This document shows positions 62,800 to 64,000 of a stretch of 64,000 nt of DNA, piece by piece (position 1 is the first letter of the stretch; every line of letters begins with the position of its first letter). Location of the stretch: contig CAVVCD010000049.1 in NCBI GenBank assembly GCA_963746565.1, positions 3,249 to 67,248 of the forward strand, in the 5' to 3' direction. A program made the translations under genes and the position numbers. This stretch comes from an uncultured delta proteobacterium. Lineage in GTDB: Bacteria > Desulfobacterota > Syntrophorhabdia > Syntrophorhabdales > Syntrophorhabdaceae. The notes beneath the pieces were generated by a model. It was not told the DNA's origin. It saw only the letters and a program-made list of their open reading frames with translations, and did not search any database.

Positions 62800-63051
62800 A
62801 TGAGGATGAGCATCGGTGTCGGGTATTCCCCGCAAACACGTTCATTCCGCTCCAGCGACTCCAATCACTCGCGTTCGGCTTCGGACATATTCCTGGGGCT
62901 TGCGTCGCCCCCTCCACGAACAAAGTCCGTGGAGCCTCCTCCTCTCGCCCACTGTGTGGGCTACTTAAGGACCTCTTTCTACGCAAAAGACCAAGCTTCC
63001 TTGCCTCGCGACGGTTTGCCAAAGGAAAGCCCGACACCGATGCTCTCATGA
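62800..63051. mobile_element. About 250-bp element bounded by inverted repeats (MITE-like or long-stem structured element) carrying modules B/A in minus orientation
   Basis: GAGCATCGGTGTCGGG (62809-62824) is a perfect reverse complement of 63031-63046. It extends imperfectly (catga, gcaaac/gtttgc). Internal modules B/A lie at 62893-62949. No clear target-site duplication. Confidence 0.35.
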
Positions 63052-63162
63052 TTTATTCTGGCTAAGCAAATAAGGTTACATTTGGTACACCTACTACACT
63101 GCAGTTAACGGTTATGGCACATGGTATATATTACCAATAGAAATGAGGATAAGTAATATAAG

Positions 63163-63188
63163 AAAAAGGCCGGGGGAGTATCCCGGCC
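63163..63188 (-). terminator. Rho-independent terminator of the IPT/TIG gene
   Basis: On the minus strand: GGCCGGG-atactcc-CCCGGCC followed by TTTTT, 18 nt after the stop at 63206. Confidence 0.75.
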
Positions 63189-63205
63189 CTGTGTCCTGAC
63201 ATGCG

Positions 63206-64000
63206 CTAAGGTTCTACGGTAAAATTACTACTGGCAGTCGTTGTCCCGACCTTGTTTGAGACCTTAAGCAGATATTCGCCTGCTGGAAATTTACTTGACA
63301 CCTTTGGTACAACAAACCTGATACGGCTATCACCGTTCACCAGATCATACATCGACCATTCTTTGACTTTGCAAGACTTCTGCTCTTTGCTTACCGGATT
63401 CTCAAGATATATCTTGCCCTTTTTGGTCCCGAAGTAGTTGCCCCTGATAAGAATCTCGTCAGGCGCTGATCCGGAATCAGGTTCGACTGATATGATCTCC
63501 GGCGCCAGCATAGTGAACACCCCTATTGATGTGATTGGAATAACACCCTTCGGTTCCTTCCGCTGTAACGTCACATCATTTATAATCCCCGGAGTCAGAG
63601 GCTTCTTAACCTCGTAGGTGACAGAATCAGGGGTCCAACCGTCTTTAACTATCTTTGCAGCCTCTCCTCCGACGAGGACTTTTCCCTTCTTGGTACCGAA
63701 GTCAGTCCCGGTCAACGTGACCTGCGTACCGATGGTGCCTTCGGAAACAGAAAGATCGAAGGGCAAGCGTTCGTAAGCGCCGATGTCGCAGGTAGAATTG
63801 CCATCTCCGTTGCCGTCCTGGGGTCGGGATATTCCTCTCTGGTCTGTCGCTGGGCAACCGACAGAATCCCCGGTATCAATAGCAGGGCTTCCTGGAAGAA
63901 GTGCATGGGTACCACCTTCCAGGGGACCAAGGAGAGGATCTGCACTACTGAGGTCTCCAGTATTGCTCAGCCCGCAGGTAGATCCACTGTCCAGGTTGTG
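63206..64000 (-). CDS. Secreted repeat protein, 5'-partial, with a C-terminal pair of IPT/TIG domains
   Basis: The frame stays open upstream of the track start to the window end and reads ...DQRGISRPQDGNGDGNSTCDIGAYE (a motif common at the end of beta-helix/choice-of-anchor type domains). Two IPT/TIG-like repeats follow (GTQVTLTGTDFG, ILIRGNYFG). Confidence 0.6.
   Translation of the reverse strand, partial: HNLDSGSTCGLSNTGDLSSADPLLGPLEGGTHALLPGSPAIDTGDSVGCPATDQRGISRPQDGNGDGNSTCDIGAYERLPFDLSVSEGTIGTQVTLTGTDFGTKKGKVLVGGEAAKIVKDGWTPDSVTYEVKKPLTPGIINDVTLQRKEPKGVIPITSIGVFTMLAPEIISVEPDSGSAPDEILIRGNYFGTKKGKIYLENPVSKEQKSCKVKEWSMYDLVNGDSRIRFVVPKVSSKFPAGEYLLKVSNKVGTTTASSNFTVEP

Noticed and set aside
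62905-62935. RNase P RNA-like AAAGTCCG box.
   Set aside because: The match is limited to a few bases inside the variable loop of module B, which differs in other copies. None of the other universally conserved RNase P segments are present.

Overview
64-kb chromosomal window from a bacterium with anaerobe-type redox genes. The taxon cannot be determined from this sequence. All family assignments come from motif and architecture recognition only; no database search was run. I call about 60 protein genes and 2 tRNAs (Phe-GAA, Gln-UUG). I find no rRNA, CRISPR array, transposase or integrase. Housekeeping blocks include DUF1015/trmN6-like/polyprenyl synthase/glgC, rsmI, SLT-pgsA, pal, hisS, comM-manC-cobB-dmpA-purE, glk-pgm, a radical-SAM/rng/yhhQ block, and ispE-spoVG-tRNA-Gln-prs-rplY-pth-ychF. 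The most interesting locus is 15.7-30.9 kb. It holds a translationally coupled five-gene NuoE/NuoF/NuoG-like plus NfnA/NfnB-like operon with no catalytic hydrogenase or FDH subunit. Next to it is a sensor kinase whose input domain is a degenerate [FeFe]-hydrogenase H-domain, a CheY-like receiver, a split REC-PAS kinase and a second, fused NfnA-NfnB gene. Other candidate systems are a cNMP-binding methyltransferase paired with a membrane hybrid kinase (PhcB/PhcS-like idea), and an operon of two unannotated paralogous mini-proteins, a 4-TM protein and an apparently exported O-methyltransferase behind a near-consensus promoter. There is also a CpxP-like/PepSY/two-component envelope module with phased direct repeats. 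The non-coding DNA is unusual in two ways. Many spacers carry degenerate tandem arrays with 7-nt periodicity, which I compare to cyanobacterial STRR repeats. A modular family of structured (REP/BIME-like) repeats recurs at 5 or more loci and shows compensatory base changes. One such repeat block lies in frame inside a radical-SAM fusion protein. Three genes carry frame disruptions, two of them at C/G homopolymer runs, so homopolymer sequencing error must be excluded before calling them pseudogenes.
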